DNA of 64,000 bases from Gemmatimonadota bacterium (lineage in GTDB: Bacteria > Gemmatimonadota > Gemmatimonadetes > Palauibacterales > KS3-K002), in the NCBI GenBank assembly GCA_039586795.1, contig JBDHJS010000011.1, forward strand, positions 32,001 to 96,000. Direction: 5' to 3'. How positions within the stretch are numbered: position 1 is the stretch's first letter; each line of letters begins with the position of its first letter. Made by a program: the position numbers and the translations under genes. Below, piece after piece: positions 30,801 through 39,679 of the stretch. A model generated the notes under the pieces. The model had not been told where the DNA came from and did no database searches. It saw only the letters and a program-made list of their open reading frames with translations.

Positions 30801-31102
30801 ACACCCATCGAGTAGGAGCCATAGTCATCGAAGATCGGATCCCACGTCGTCCCGTTGTTTACCGTCTTCCAGACGTTGCCCGACGATACCGCCACGTACC
30901 ATGTACTGGGATTTGTTGGATCTTTGACGATGTCACCGATGCGGCCCGACATGACCGCCGGCCCGATGTTTCTCAACCTCAAGCCGCTAAACGTTCGCGA
31001 AGTCATGCCCTCGGACCCGCGACCCTGTCCGAGTACGGCGTGCGGATTGAGAGCTAGCACCGCGGCGAGCGCCAGAACGACGAATCTCATATGTCCCTCC
31101 AT
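27833..31102 (-). CDS. Secreted VPS10/BNR-repeat beta-propeller protein (glycosyl-hydrolase-like)
   Basis: RNIGPAVMSGRI, many S.DGG..W Asp-boxes, GTQDN, GGDGF, helical C-terminus. Confidence 0.88.
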   Translation of the reverse strand: MEGHMRFVVLALAAVLALNPHAVLGQGRGSEGMTSRTFSGLRLRNIGPAVMSGRIGDIVKDPTNPSTWYVAVSSGNVWKTVNNGTTWDPIFDDYGSYSMGVIAIDPNDPDVLWLGTGENASQRSAGYGDGIYKSLDGGRSWTNVGLENSEHIGKILIDPRDSDVVYVAAQGPLWAPGGDRGLYRTPDGGATWQLVLEISENTGIADLAFDPRNPDVIYAVSYQRRRHVGVLVAGGPESAIYKTIDGGATWKKVMNGIPSVDLGRIAIAVSPQHPDVVYALVAAADDRSGFFRSSNRGERWEKMSDYIVVDPQYYGEIFADPHKFDRVYAMDVMIHYTEDGGRTFERLGSRFKHVDNHALVFDPHDPDYLMVGSDGGIYESWDRGDTWKFISNMPITQCYRVGIDDDVPFYNVYCGTQDNSTLGGPSRTNNLHGIRNSDWIITVGGDGFQTRVEPGNPDILYSQSQYAGIVRYDRASGERLDIQPQPEPGEPALRWHWDSPLIISPFSPTRLYFAANRLYKSDDRANTWEAISPDLSRGMDRNRREVMGTVWGVDAVWKNVFTSPFGTIVSLDESPLQEGLLYVGTDDGLIQVSEDDGATWRRVDRFPGVPDMTYVADVLASRNDVNTVYAVFNNHKEGDFSPYVLKSTDKGRSWSSIAGNLPERHVTWSIQEDHVNPDLLFVGTELGLFSSLDGGSNWIELTSGVPTIAFRDLEIQRRENDLVAASFGRGIYILDDYSPLRAVNAALLAEEAHIFPVKDALMYIPAGPMGYSQKGSQGHSFYTAPNPSFGAIFTYYLKDGLETAKQRRQRHEANLRREGEPVYYPSWDELREEDREEAPVIILTVTDSDGNVVRRIRGRSSSGIHRVAWDLRYSGFRPSRPGSDQSGPMAMPGAYTVQLGKVVDGVLTPMGAPQIFEAKPLGLATLAAADQAALLEFRNKLGRLQRAVLGANQVVDQTLEELSYAKQAVMDAPAADAALLEQIRSLEKQLLDIQVDLQGDRTISSRAEYIPPSITRRVQRAVGGFWSSAAPTTTHQRNYEVAGQAFGEVLARLRALIETDLAALEDALEAAGAPWTPGRGVPTWRYEPL

Positions 31103-31381
31103 GACGTGCGGGGCTGATCGTCAGGTTCGGATCTTGTCGTGCATGGCTATAGGATGGGGTCTGTCGACCCGGGCGCAACCACCGGCTCGGCGGATCGAAT
31201 CGCTGCGGCTCTCTGGCGCGCGCTGCTACAACTGTCCCGATACGCTACACCTGTTCGCTGGGCCTGCGGGCCCTGATATTCCTTTGCCCAAGCGACTTAC
31301 CGGCCGGGCATGATCTCTGCCCTTACCGTTCCGCGTTCGCATCGAATCATTCATCGAGACCGATAAACTGGAGGAAAGGCC

Positions 31382-32434
31382 GTGTCTGTTTTTGCGCGAG
31401 CAAGAATTCCCGTCCTGGCAGCGGCCGCTGCCTGCACCGCAGTCGCCTGTAGCGACAGCATCGGTCCGGGCGGGACAGCAGCACAGTTCACGCAGGATAT
31501 CACGTTCGAACAATTTGAGGACGCGATAGCGGCGGGAGATCCGGTACGCGTGGAGGCGAAGGTGACTTCGGTTTCCGGCGGTCCCCCGTATGTCTTGCGC
31601 GAACTGGAGATCGAGGAGCTAGAAGACCTGGCGGACCGCGAGGAAGTGAAGAGTCGGGTCACGGAGTTGCAGTCAACCGCTGCGTGCGAAGGCACGCTGG
31701 TTCTGGAGCTCGAGAACGCGGTCGTCGCCTACAATGACGCAACCCGCTTCGAGCGTGACGACGACGGCGACATGACTTGCCAGGAGTTTCTCGACTACAT
31801 CAACGGCGAGCTGGGCGCGGGCCGGCGGCCGGAGATCGAGGCAAAGCGAGAGCCTCGTTTCGACGCTGGGGTCCCCACTCCGCAGGCGCCCGACAATCCC
31901 GTTTTCGACGCGTCGCGCATCGAGGTAGAGGACGAAAGCTCCGATGCCGAGCTGGAGATGAGCATCGACGACGACAATCTCCTCGACTGCAGCACACTGG
32001 CCAGTCCGCCCGCCGGTTGCGTCGCGGTGCTTAAGATACTCGACGTTATGATGGTCATCGATGACATGACCGACCTCGAAGCCGAGATCGACGATGATGC
32101 AAACGAGGCTGAGTTCGAGGGATTCGCGGCGAGTGTCGATATGGACGCGAACGATCCTTCGATCGGAACGGTAACGCTCACCGATGGTCGGGTCATCCGT
32201 ATCACGGAGTTTACTGAGATCGAGAGCGCCGATGTCGGCGACGACGATAACCTCGGCTCGTTAGCAGAAGTGGACGCCGCTTTGCAGGCGGGGCTCATGG
32301 TTGAGGCCGAGGCCGAGGGAGTGCTCGACGAAAGCGATCCCAACATCCTCATTGCCCACGAGGCCGAGTTCGAGATCGAGGATGATGATGACGATGACGA
32401 TGACGACGATGACAACAGCGGCTCGGGCGCCTAG
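31382..32434 (+). CDS. Very acidic lipoprotein with DUF5666-like repeats and a poly-Asp tail
   Basis: GGAGG RBS, lipobox TAVAC, three G..V/IE.E/K...E.E.E units; ends D10-NSGSGA. Confidence 0.75.
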   Translation: MSVFARARIPVLAAAAACTAVACSDSIGPGGTAAQFTQDITFEQFEDAIAAGDPVRVEAKVTSVSGGPPYVLRELEIEELEDLADREEVKSRVTELQSTAACEGTLVLELENAVVAYNDATRFERDDDGDMTCQEFLDYINGELGAGRRPEIEAKREPRFDAGVPTPQAPDNPVFDASRIEVEDESSDAELEMSIDDDNLLDCSTLASPPAGCVAVLKILDVMMVIDDMTDLEAEIDDDANEAEFEGFAASVDMDANDPSIGTVTLTDGRVIRITEFTEIESADVGDDDNLGSLAEVDAALQAGLMVEAEAEGVLDESDPNILIAHEAEFEIEDDDDDDDDDDDNSGSGA

Positions 32435-32483
32435 CGTTTGACGAGCCGTCCGCAGGAACCCTTGCGAAGTCCGCACACCGCGC

Positions 32484-32511
32484 ACGGCGCCCCGTTCCAT
32501 CGGGGCGCCGT
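32484..32511. terminator. Bidirectional hairpin terminator
   Basis: 11-bp stem ACGGCGCCCCG / CGGGGCGCCGT between convergent genes. Confidence 0.75.
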
Positions 32512-32516
32512 TCTAT

Positions 32517-34064
32517 CTAGAAGAAGATGATGTAGAGCGCGACCGTCAGGACCACCACGCCCAGACACATCGCGTCGAAAACCCGGTCCTTTTCCGCCAG
32601 CGCCACCGCCGCCGCTTCCTTCGATGCCGTATCGAACGCTGCCGTTCGCTCCGGCTCCGGGCTCATGTACGAGATCGCCATCAGCATCATGATCAGCGTC
32701 AGCCCGGCCAGCCACATCTGGTCGAGAAACGCTACGCCCGGCGTGATCAGCTTGATAACGATGGTCACCGGTAGCGTCAGCCCCATCGTCCAGGCCGCGG
32801 CCCGTGCCGTGGCGCCCTTCCAGAACAGACCGCCCAGGAAGACGACCGCCACGCCTGGCGTGATCAGCCCCCAGAACTCCTGGATGTAGCTGAACACCCG
32901 CTCGAACCGCATCAGTCCCGGCGCCCAAGCCGCGGCGAGCAGCAAGAACACGACGGTGCTAGCACGGCCGATCGTGATCAGGTGCTTCTGTGAGACCTCT
33001 TTGCGCAGATGCCGGTTGTAGATATCCACCGTGAAGATCGTCGCCGACGAATTGAGCATCGAGTCGAGGCTCGACATGATGGCCGCCAGGAGTGCCGCGA
33101 ACATCAATCCTGTGAGGCCGGCCGGCAGCAACCGCTCGATCAACAGCGGATAGGCCACGTCGGAGGTCTGCGCCAACTCGTCCCGGTACAAGATCCAGGC
33201 GATGATACCGGGGATCACGACGATGAACGGGATGAAGAGCTTGATATAGGCAGCGAACACCGTTCCGTAGAGGCCGTGCTTCACATCGCGCGCCGCCAGC
33301 GTACGCTGCGTTATGAACTGGTTGGCGCCCCAGTAGAATAGGTTGGCGATCCACAACCCGCCGAAGAAGATCGCGAACCAGGGCAACTCCGGATGACTGA
33401 GCGGTAGGACCGTGTGGAACTTGTCCCCCGCCTCCGCCATCACCACATCCCAACCACCTACCGCCTTGAGACCGATCACCGTGACGATGGCGCCGCCGGC
33501 CAACAGCATCAGCCCCTGGATCACATCGGACCAGACCACGGCCTTGAGCCCACCGTATGCAGTATAGGCGCCGGCGAAAACGGCCAGTATCACGATGCCC
33601 CAGCCCAACGGCAAATCGAAGATCGTCTGCAGCGCCAACCCACCCGAGTAGAGCACCGTCGCCATGGCAACGAACACGTAGGCCAGAATCATGTATGCGG
33701 CGAGGAAGCTGCGGGATCTAACGTCAAACCGCCTTTCCAAGTACTCCGGCATCGTCGTGATGCCCAGCTTGAGAAACTTGGGCAGGAACCAGCGGGCCAC
33801 GATTACCAACGTGATCGCCGCCATCCACTCGTACGACGCGATCGCCAACCCGAAATCGACACCCGAGCCCGCCATCCCCACGAAGTGCTCCGTCGAGATG
33901 TTGCTAGCGATCAGGCTGATCCCGATGACCCACCACGGCAGGTTGCGGCCGGCCAGGAAGTAGTCGGCGGCCACCTTCTCCCGGCGACCGGCGATCACGG
34001 CTACGGCGGCGACGACCAGGAAGTAGGCTACGAATGCGACGGTGTCGAGCGTCGTGAAGCCCAA
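32517..34064 (-). CDS. Sodium:solute symporter (SSS family, sugar-type)
   Basis: DYFLAGR, ASNISTEHFVGMAG, YEW, GGLKAVVWSD, NQFITQR, AAIMSSLDS. Confidence 0.95.
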   Translation of the reverse strand: MGFTTLDTVAFVAYFLVVAAVAVIAGRREKVAADYFLAGRNLPWWVIGISLIASNISTEHFVGMAGSGVDFGLAIASYEWMAAITLVIVARWFLPKFLKLGITTMPEYLERRFDVRSRSFLAAYMILAYVFVAMATVLYSGGLALQTIFDLPLGWGIVILAVFAGAYTAYGGLKAVVWSDVIQGLMLLAGGAIVTVIGLKAVGGWDVVMAEAGDKFHTVLPLSHPELPWFAIFFGGLWIANLFYWGANQFITQRTLAARDVKHGLYGTVFAAYIKLFIPFIVVIPGIIAWILYRDELAQTSDVAYPLLIERLLPAGLTGLMFAALLAAIMSSLDSMLNSSATIFTVDIYNRHLRKEVSQKHLITIGRASTVVFLLLAAAWAPGLMRFERVFSYIQEFWGLITPGVAVVFLGGLFWKGATARAAAWTMGLTLPVTIVIKLITPGVAFLDQMWLAGLTLIMMLMAISYMSPEPERTAAFDTASKEAAAVALAEKDRVFDAMCLGVVVLTVALYIIFF

Positions 34065-34080
34065 GGTCAGGCCTCCCTAC

Positions 34081-34090
34081 TGAAGTACGA
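34081..34090 (+). repeat. Left copy of a 10-bp direct repeat flanking the cytochrome island
   Basis: TGAAGTACGA, identical at 49602-49611. Confidence 0.5.
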
Positions 34091-34170
34091 GTCTGTCTAA
34101 CTAGAGATCGGTCGGGACGCTGGTGCGGAGCCGATTCTAACCGTCCGCCATCACCGCATCAAGCATCGAA

Positions 34171-34887
34171 TCACCAGCGTGATACGCTTGAAGATGGAGA
34201 AACCGAAAACTGTGGGACTGTCACATGGCAACTGAGGCATACAGGATTGGTGCTGGGATCCTTCAGCAGGTGGCCATCGGCCGAGCCGTGCAGTTGGTGG
34301 CATTCGGTGCAAGCCAGCGCCGAGTGGTTTTCCGGCGACGGCATCTCGGCTGCGTGGCATACCGTGCAGACGATGAGCTGCTCCACGGGATCCGGTATGA
34401 TATTCGGTCCGGGTGCGTGCGGTTCGTGACAGTCGACGCAACCGATCCCGTCAGCAAGGTTCGGCGCCGCGGTCAGCGGCGTGAACGTACCACCCAGCGA
34501 CTCCGGCGACGTCGTCAGGATACTCGGTGCGGCTCCGCTGTTGTAGTCGCCGAGGGGGTGGTCGTTGTCCAGGCTCGGCCCCAGGTAGCCCCCCACCGGA
34601 TTGGCGGTCGCAATGAACTCGGGCTGCTGATCGCGTAACGCCGTCGTCCAGTGACAGCGCAGACAGCTCTCGGAGCGGGCACCGAGGCCTGGCGTCTGGA
34701 TGACGGAGCTCGCGTTGGGATCGATCTTCAGCAGGTACGGCGCCTGGGTCGAGGGGTGGGCGGTGTGACAGAGCGAGCAGTTCCCGATCTCCGGGTCGAT
34801 CTCCGTGGGAACCTCCACGTGCTGACCGTTGAGCGGTCCTGCCACCGCAAAGAGGAGAGTAGCGGCAAAAGCGCCGGGACGCGTCAT
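34171..34887 (-). CDS. Exported hexaheme cytochrome c
   Basis: Signal peptide; CSLCH, CLRCH, CVDCH, CTVCH, CTECH, CLSCH; LDNDHP motif. Confidence 0.9.
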   Translation of the reverse strand: MTRPGAFAATLLFAVAGPLNGQHVEVPTEIDPEIGNCSLCHTAHPSTQAPYLLKIDPNASSVIQTPGLGARSESCLRCHWTTALRDQQPEFIATANPVGGYLGPSLDNDHPLGDYNSGAAPSILTTSPESLGGTFTPLTAAPNLADGIGCVDCHEPHAPGPNIIPDPVEQLIVCTVCHAAEMPSPENHSALACTECHQLHGSADGHLLKDPSTNPVCLSCHVTVPQFSVSPSSSVSRW

Positions 34888-34889
34888 CG

Positions 34890-36818
34890 TCAGAAGACCC
34901 TCGAGAATCGGAAGTAGAGTCTGTTCTGCCCGCTACTCGAGGAGTTGCTCCACATCAGGTGATCGTAGCGGCCTTCCAGCCTCATCAAACCGATTCTGAA
35001 CTCGGCGCCCAGGCCACCGCCGATGAACCTGCCGTGTATCGGCTTCAACCCGCGGCCCAGCTGCTGCGACCAATCGTAGGCGCTCAGCTGACCCGTGACC
35101 CGGAGACCCGGCATCGCGAACCACTCGAGCGCTGCTCGGCCCTGAAAGATGTCGTATCGCGTTTCGTTGCGGCGGGTGCTCCAATTGGCTCGCAGGCTCC
35201 CGTTGACCCTGGGGCCGAAGCGATAGCCGAAACCGCCAAACACCGAGAATATGTCCGTCGTGATCGGATCGAATCGATTCCGAACCCATTCCGCACCGGC
35301 GTCGAGTTGGCCGAACTGCGTCGGCGTCTGGAACTGGAGCCCCGTAGTCATGATCTGCGTCTCGAAGAAGACGATGACCGGATCGCTCTCCGTGGGCAGA
35401 TTCAGCGTGTTTCGATGATAGGCGCGGAAACTCCTGAACGTCAGGTCCAGCGAATACAGTACCTGGAAGAACTCGGCGCTGGCGCTAGGCAACAGATTGT
35501 AACGGTAGTCAACCAGTACGACGTCGCCCGCCTGAATCCGTCCGCCCGGCAACGCCACGAATTCCAAGTAGGGGCCGCTGGGAACTAGGCGATAGTCCAG
35601 CCCGTCTTCGTAGAGGATTGTCCCATCCTCGTTCGTCGCCCGAACACTGGTCGGATCCGGCTGGAATTGATCGAGCAGGAACCGCCGCGATTCGGTGATT
35701 TCATGTGGCTCACCCAGAGCCGTGCCGACACCGCCGCTCCCGACCTGCTGCGATCGCCAACGATAGCCGGCGGCACCACTCGCTTGGAGCAACGTCCCAA
35801 AGGGCAGCTGCGCATTACCACCAGCGTTGATATCGACCAGATAGTTCCGCATGCTGCCGCGATTGAAGTTTCGCCAGTCCCCGCGTCCGCTCACACCGAA
35901 GCTCAGCGTGCGTGATGCCTGGACCCGCTCACTGATCGCCGCGGTGTAGATGCGGTTGCGATCGAATGGTGTCTTCGAGTCGGCGACGCTCCACTGAAGG
36001 TTCGTGCTCACGTCCAACGTATGTCGGAGTACCGCCGCCTGACTGAACACGATCGACGTCGAGGGGAAGAACTGGTTTCTTCGGTCCCAGTACTGGAAGT
36101 TCGTAATTAGCGCGCTGCCCTTCCCCCAGCGCTGCCGGTTGTTCAACAACGCTCTATACCATTTTATGTCCTGGGGCCGCAGCAGGTCGTCCAACTCGAA
36201 CCGTTCCAGTGTGATGCGAGTCTTACTGCTCTGCGCATAGAGAACGGCGCGTTCCGACTTCTGGCGGCGCCGCATACCGCGGTCGAGACCAGCTGTGGTC
36301 AGAACGTCCGCCTCGGCCATCTGGAACTGTCCCGTGAACGTCATGTACGGCGTGCGAAGATCTCCACCCACCGTGAAGCCGCTGTTCTCTGCTTCGGCTC
36401 GCGTGCCGAAAATCCCACTGAAGTTGTCTCGCGTCCGGTAGGCCTGGACGAACATCGAAGCCGGCGCTCCGCTCAGCACCCGGATACCGCCGGACCCGAA
36501 CAACGCGTTGCGGGAGCCGGACTGGCGAACATCGCCGCTGCGCCAGGCAAGTTGGGATAGCGCGGGCCGGAAGTTGACATCGAACGAAAGCAGACGAGGG
36601 CTATAGATCGATCCGCGGACTCGGAGCAACAGTGATTCCCGCAACGCCTGGTTGGTGAAAGCGGGGACGCCGCGCCCGAACGATCGTTGTCCATCGTAAC
36701 CGAGCAGCAGTTCACCCTCCGGGCGGTCTACGCTGAACAGCCCTTGCCCTAGCGCGGAGTGGGCGAGTATCAGCGACGCGGCGGCCGCGATGCCCAGGGT
36801 GCACGCCCGGCGAATCAT
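34890..36818 (-). CDS. Large outer-membrane beta-barrel associated with multiheme cytochromes
   Basis: ATG at 36818 overlaps the upstream stop; signal peptide; amphipathic strands; ends FSRVF; paralog of 46638-48563. Confidence 0.82.
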   Translation of the reverse strand: MIRRACTLGIAAAASLILAHSALGQGLFSVDRPEGELLLGYDGQRSFGRGVPAFTNQALRESLLLRVRGSIYSPRLLSFDVNFRPALSQLAWRSGDVRQSGSRNALFGSGGIRVLSGAPASMFVQAYRTRDNFSGIFGTRAEAENSGFTVGGDLRTPYMTFTGQFQMAEADVLTTAGLDRGMRRRQKSERAVLYAQSSKTRITLERFELDDLLRPQDIKWYRALLNNRQRWGKGSALITNFQYWDRRNQFFPSTSIVFSQAAVLRHTLDVSTNLQWSVADSKTPFDRNRIYTAAISERVQASRTLSFGVSGRGDWRNFNRGSMRNYLVDINAGGNAQLPFGTLLQASGAAGYRWRSQQVGSGGVGTALGEPHEITESRRFLLDQFQPDPTSVRATNEDGTILYEDGLDYRLVPSGPYLEFVALPGGRIQAGDVVLVDYRYNLLPSASAEFFQVLYSLDLTFRSFRAYHRNTLNLPTESDPVIVFFETQIMTTGLQFQTPTQFGQLDAGAEWVRNRFDPITTDIFSVFGGFGYRFGPRVNGSLRANWSTRRNETRYDIFQGRAALEWFAMPGLRVTGQLSAYDWSQQLGRGLKPIHGRFIGGGLGAEFRIGLMRLEGRYDHLMWSNSSSSGQNRLYFRFSRVF

Positions 36819-37675
36819 CCCGATTCGGGCTCCTCCGATTCGAGTTCCGCGTGGCAGCGATTGCACTCCATCACCCCGAACGCCGTTGTGCCGTCGTGGC
36901 AGGCGCCGCACTGACGCCCGGTCTGAATCTCGTCCATCGTCACCTCGACGGCCCCAGCTTCCATCGCGAACGGCTCGGGATGGCAAGCGGAGCACTTGTA
37001 GCGAATCCGGTGCGACCAGTGCGGGAAGATCGACGGAGGTAGTGATGCCATGTTGCGGGCGTTGTCGCTTGTCGTATCACGCTGGAATACCAGGTCGGTC
37101 TCGAGCGCTGCCGTCATTCGACCTTCCGGCATCTTCATCTTCGAGTGGCAACGTTCGCAGGTCGGCACGCTAAACGCGACCGATCCGTGACAGACGCCGC
37201 AACTCTCGCCGCGATTGATCGCCGCCATGGATGTGCTATCGCCTCGGCTGCGGTAGATCGACGGATGACAGCTCTTGCAGTCCATCCACTCGACGTGCGC
37301 TGAATGGGGGAAGTACGTCTCCATGGCGCCGAAATAGTAGTCGAACCCAAAGCTCTCGCCGCCGGATTCCTCGGTTCCCGGAGGACCGGGGAGCGGGTCG
37401 ATGATCCCCTCCCGCACCGCGGCGACCCAATCGATGCCGCCTGCCGCATCCAACGGGAGCATGGCCAGCACCGTGTCAGGGTCCAGCGTCTCCTCGATCG
37501 GCAACGGCTGCCTCACCGTATCGACGAACTGGATGCCGGCCATCGCCTGAGAGGCCGACGGGTCCTCCGGCGCCGGCTCCGGGATGTCGAAGACAGTGGA
37601 GGCGACACTACAGCACCAGAAGACCAGCAGCCCGAGAGAAAGCCCGGGCGCCAACAGGCGACTCGACCGCTTCAC
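36815..37675 (-). CDS. Hexaheme cytochrome with two c7-type triheme domains, probable lipoprotein
   Basis: F.H..H....CxxCH...CGxCH...C.RCH occurs twice (6 CXXCH); IDWV motif; Cys follows a hydrophobic leader. Confidence 0.9.
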   Translation of the reverse strand: MKRSSRLLAPGLSLGLLVFWCCSVASTVFDIPEPAPEDPSASQAMAGIQFVDTVRQPLPIEETLDPDTVLAMLPLDAAGGIDWVAAVREGIIDPLPGPPGTEESGGESFGFDYYFGAMETYFPHSAHVEWMDCKSCHPSIYRSRGDSTSMAAINRGESCGVCHGSVAFSVPTCERCHSKMKMPEGRMTAALETDLVFQRDTTSDNARNMASLPPSIFPHWSHRIRYKCSACHPEPFAMEAGAVEVTMDEIQTGRQCGACHDGTTAFGVMECNRCHAELESEEPESG

Positions 37676-38781
37676 GAGCCGCTAACCTCGCCGTTCGACT
37701 TGGGCTCCACGCGCGCGTAGATCGAGACCTTGTCTGGACCGTACTGGTTGGTGACGATCACCAGGTAGTGCGCCTCCAAGCCCGGGTCTACCAGGTCCTG
37801 GAAGAGATGCAGGTTGTCGTAGTCGATCGTCACCTTGGCCGGCAGATACATCGTTCCGGGGCCCTGATAGGGACCGCCGAAGAACATCAGTAGGTCGCCC
37901 TCGTCGTTGAACATCTGGACATTCTGGAAGCCCGCGTCGACCACGTAGAGGATCCCTTCACGATCCACAGCGATCCCTTTCGGCCGAACGAACATCCCCC
38001 AGCCATTCCCGTATTTGCCAACCGACCGAACGAATTCGCCATCGAGTGTGTACACCTTGATTTTGAAGTCACCGAAGTCGCTAACGTACAGCTCGTCGTC
38101 GGTGATCCAGATGTTGGTGGGCTGGAAGACCGAGTTCGGACTGCCTTCCTCAACGTTGGGTAGGCTGGCGATCGGTTGCCGCGTCGCTTTGTCGAACGCC
38201 ACCACCCGGTGTCCGCGCAAATCGGCTACCCAGACACGATCCTCGGTGACGAACACGTCAACCGGAGTCACCATTTCCCCGTGTCCGAAAGCGCCCAGGA
38301 AAGCGCCCGTCGTATCGTACACCAGCACCTCACTGCGACCCACATCGGCAACGTAGAGCGTACCTTCGACAGGATCGGCAAAGCAGTTGATCGGCTTGGC
38401 GAACGCGCCCTGGCCACTGGGTGCCCAGACCTCGAACCTACCCTCGACGAAGTCGAGCACTTCAACGCCCGGTCGCATCGAGTCGCAGGTGTAGAGGCGG
38501 CCGTTCATCAACGTGGCGCCGTACGGCTTGACGATCGGTTCCCAGGCCTTCGTCTGGTTCTCGCCGGTCAGCGTTTGCAGGAAACCCGATCCGCTGCCCT
38601 TCTCGAAATCCTCCGAGCTACCGTAGCGGGCCAGAAACTGGATCCGCGCCGTATCCGGCGGCTCTGGAAAGACCATCGCTCGCTCCGGCTCCACATCTCC
38701 CGACGCACCCTTGGGCCCGCAACCCGTCACGGCTGCCAGCACCACGATCAGCATCGCCTGGATCCAGTGTCTCGTCTTCAT
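37672..38781 (-). CDS. NHL-repeat beta-propeller lipoprotein
   Basis: Lipobox VTGC, P.PPDT.RIQFL, FVRPKGIAVD, DAGFQNVQ, YLPA; GGAGG RBS. Confidence 0.9.
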   Translation of the reverse strand: MKTRHWIQAMLIVVLAAVTGCGPKGASGDVEPERAMVFPEPPDTARIQFLARYGSSEDFEKGSGSGFLQTLTGENQTKAWEPIVKPYGATLMNGRLYTCDSMRPGVEVLDFVEGRFEVWAPSGQGAFAKPINCFADPVEGTLYVADVGRSEVLVYDTTGAFLGAFGHGEMVTPVDVFVTEDRVWVADLRGHRVVAFDKATRQPIASLPNVEEGSPNSVFQPTNIWITDDELYVSDFGDFKIKVYTLDGEFVRSVGKYGNGWGMFVRPKGIAVDREGILYVVDAGFQNVQMFNDEGDLLMFFGGPYQGPGTMYLPAKVTIDYDNLHLFQDLVDPGLEAHYLVIVTNQYGPDKVSIYARVEPKSNGEVSGS

Positions 38782-38824
38782 CTCTGTATTCCTCCACCGC
38801 TTAGATAAGCCCACTTGTAAGTGA

Positions 38825-38851
38825 AGTGGGAGGGCGCGGAGCCCTCCCACT
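38825..38851 (-). terminator. Hairpin after OmcE-like gene 1 (attenuator or mRNA stabiliser)
   Basis: 11-bp stem AGTGGGAGGGC / GCCCTCCCACT; no U-tract. Confidence 0.6.
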
Positions 38852-38877
38852 CCGATTGCTGCTTCAGACTAAACTGA

Positions 38878-39579
38878 CTACCCCTTCGCGTGACACGTCG
38901 TGCAGATCTGATCCTGCGACTTCGGGATGTTGAGCGAATGGGGGTTGTTGAACTTGTTATGAACGTCGTGGCAGCTCGAGCACTGCAGCTGCCCACGGTC
39001 CAGCAACACTTCCTCCAGCGACCCAGAAACCACGTGGCCGTTGAAGGCGGTCAGATTCAGCGCCGTCGCCGAGGGCGCAACCAAGAACCCGTCGGCCGTC
39101 GCGAGAGCGTCGTCATACACGAACGAAATCGGATGGGCATGGCTCAAGTCACCATTCTGCGGATGCGGAACCGTGTAGGTCGGGTCCGCCGGCGCATACA
39201 TCGCGCCCCATCCGTACTGATCGACGCCAACCGTACCGTCATGGCAGCTCAGGCACAGAATCGCCGTGCCCGTCGGCTGACCCACGGTGGCCGCGCCGTC
39301 AAACGTCTCACTCTGAACGGCGTCGTACATCACATACGACGTGGTCGTCGACAGCTTGTGGAACCACAGCGGCTGGCCGACGCCCGGGGTGTGAGCGTTG
39401 TGGCACACCGTGCACATATCCTCGCCGCCCACGTTCCAGGTGCCCTCACCCGTGTCGTACGAGCTAGGATTGTAGTGTGTGACCCCGTCACTGAAGTCGT
39501 GCCCTGAGCCGGAGAACTGCGCCTGCGCCGGTGCGGCGACGAACAGCACAGCCAGCCCAATTAACCAGAGCTTCTTCAT
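38878..39579 (-). CDS. omcE: OmcE-like exported tetraheme cytochrome c (copy 1)
   Basis: Signal AQAQ, HDFS, CTVCHNAH, PLW, CLSCHDG, DLSHAHPISF, CSSCHDVH, terminal CTTCHAK; AAGGAG RBS. Confidence 0.75.
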   Translation of the reverse strand: MKKLWLIGLAVLFVAAPAQAQFSGSGHDFSDGVTHYNPSSYDTGEGTWNVGGEDMCTVCHNAHTPGVGQPLWFHKLSTTTSYVMYDAVQSETFDGAATVGQPTGTAILCLSCHDGTVGVDQYGWGAMYAPADPTYTVPHPQNGDLSHAHPISFVYDDALATADGFLVAPSATALNLTAFNGHVVSGSLEEVLLDRGQLQCSSCHDVHNKFNNPHSLNIPKSQDQICTTCHAKG

Positions 39580-39645
39580 TGTTTGGTCTCCTTTGGATCC
39601 CATTGCTGCGAGCCGGGTTCTGGTCGTTCCCGGCCCAGTTAAAAG

Positions 39646-39679
39646 TCCGGTTGGGGCTTAGTTACTTCCGGTTGGGGCT
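39646..39679. repeat. Tandem 13-bp direct repeat with 21-bp period in the OmcE-like gene 1 leader
   Basis: TCCGGTTGGGGCT at 39646-39658 and 39667-39679. Confidence 0.7.

Noticed and set aside
32380..32415. GAT/GAC microsatellite
   Set aside because: It encodes the poly-Asp tail with mixed codons, so it is not a pure slippage tract.
34890..36995. Extended N-termini in the ORF track (36995, 38850, 39603, 43863, 46587, 48452, 49709, 54963, 56813, 12780)
   Set aside because: Downstream starts have an RBS or stop-start coupling and give proper signal peptides.
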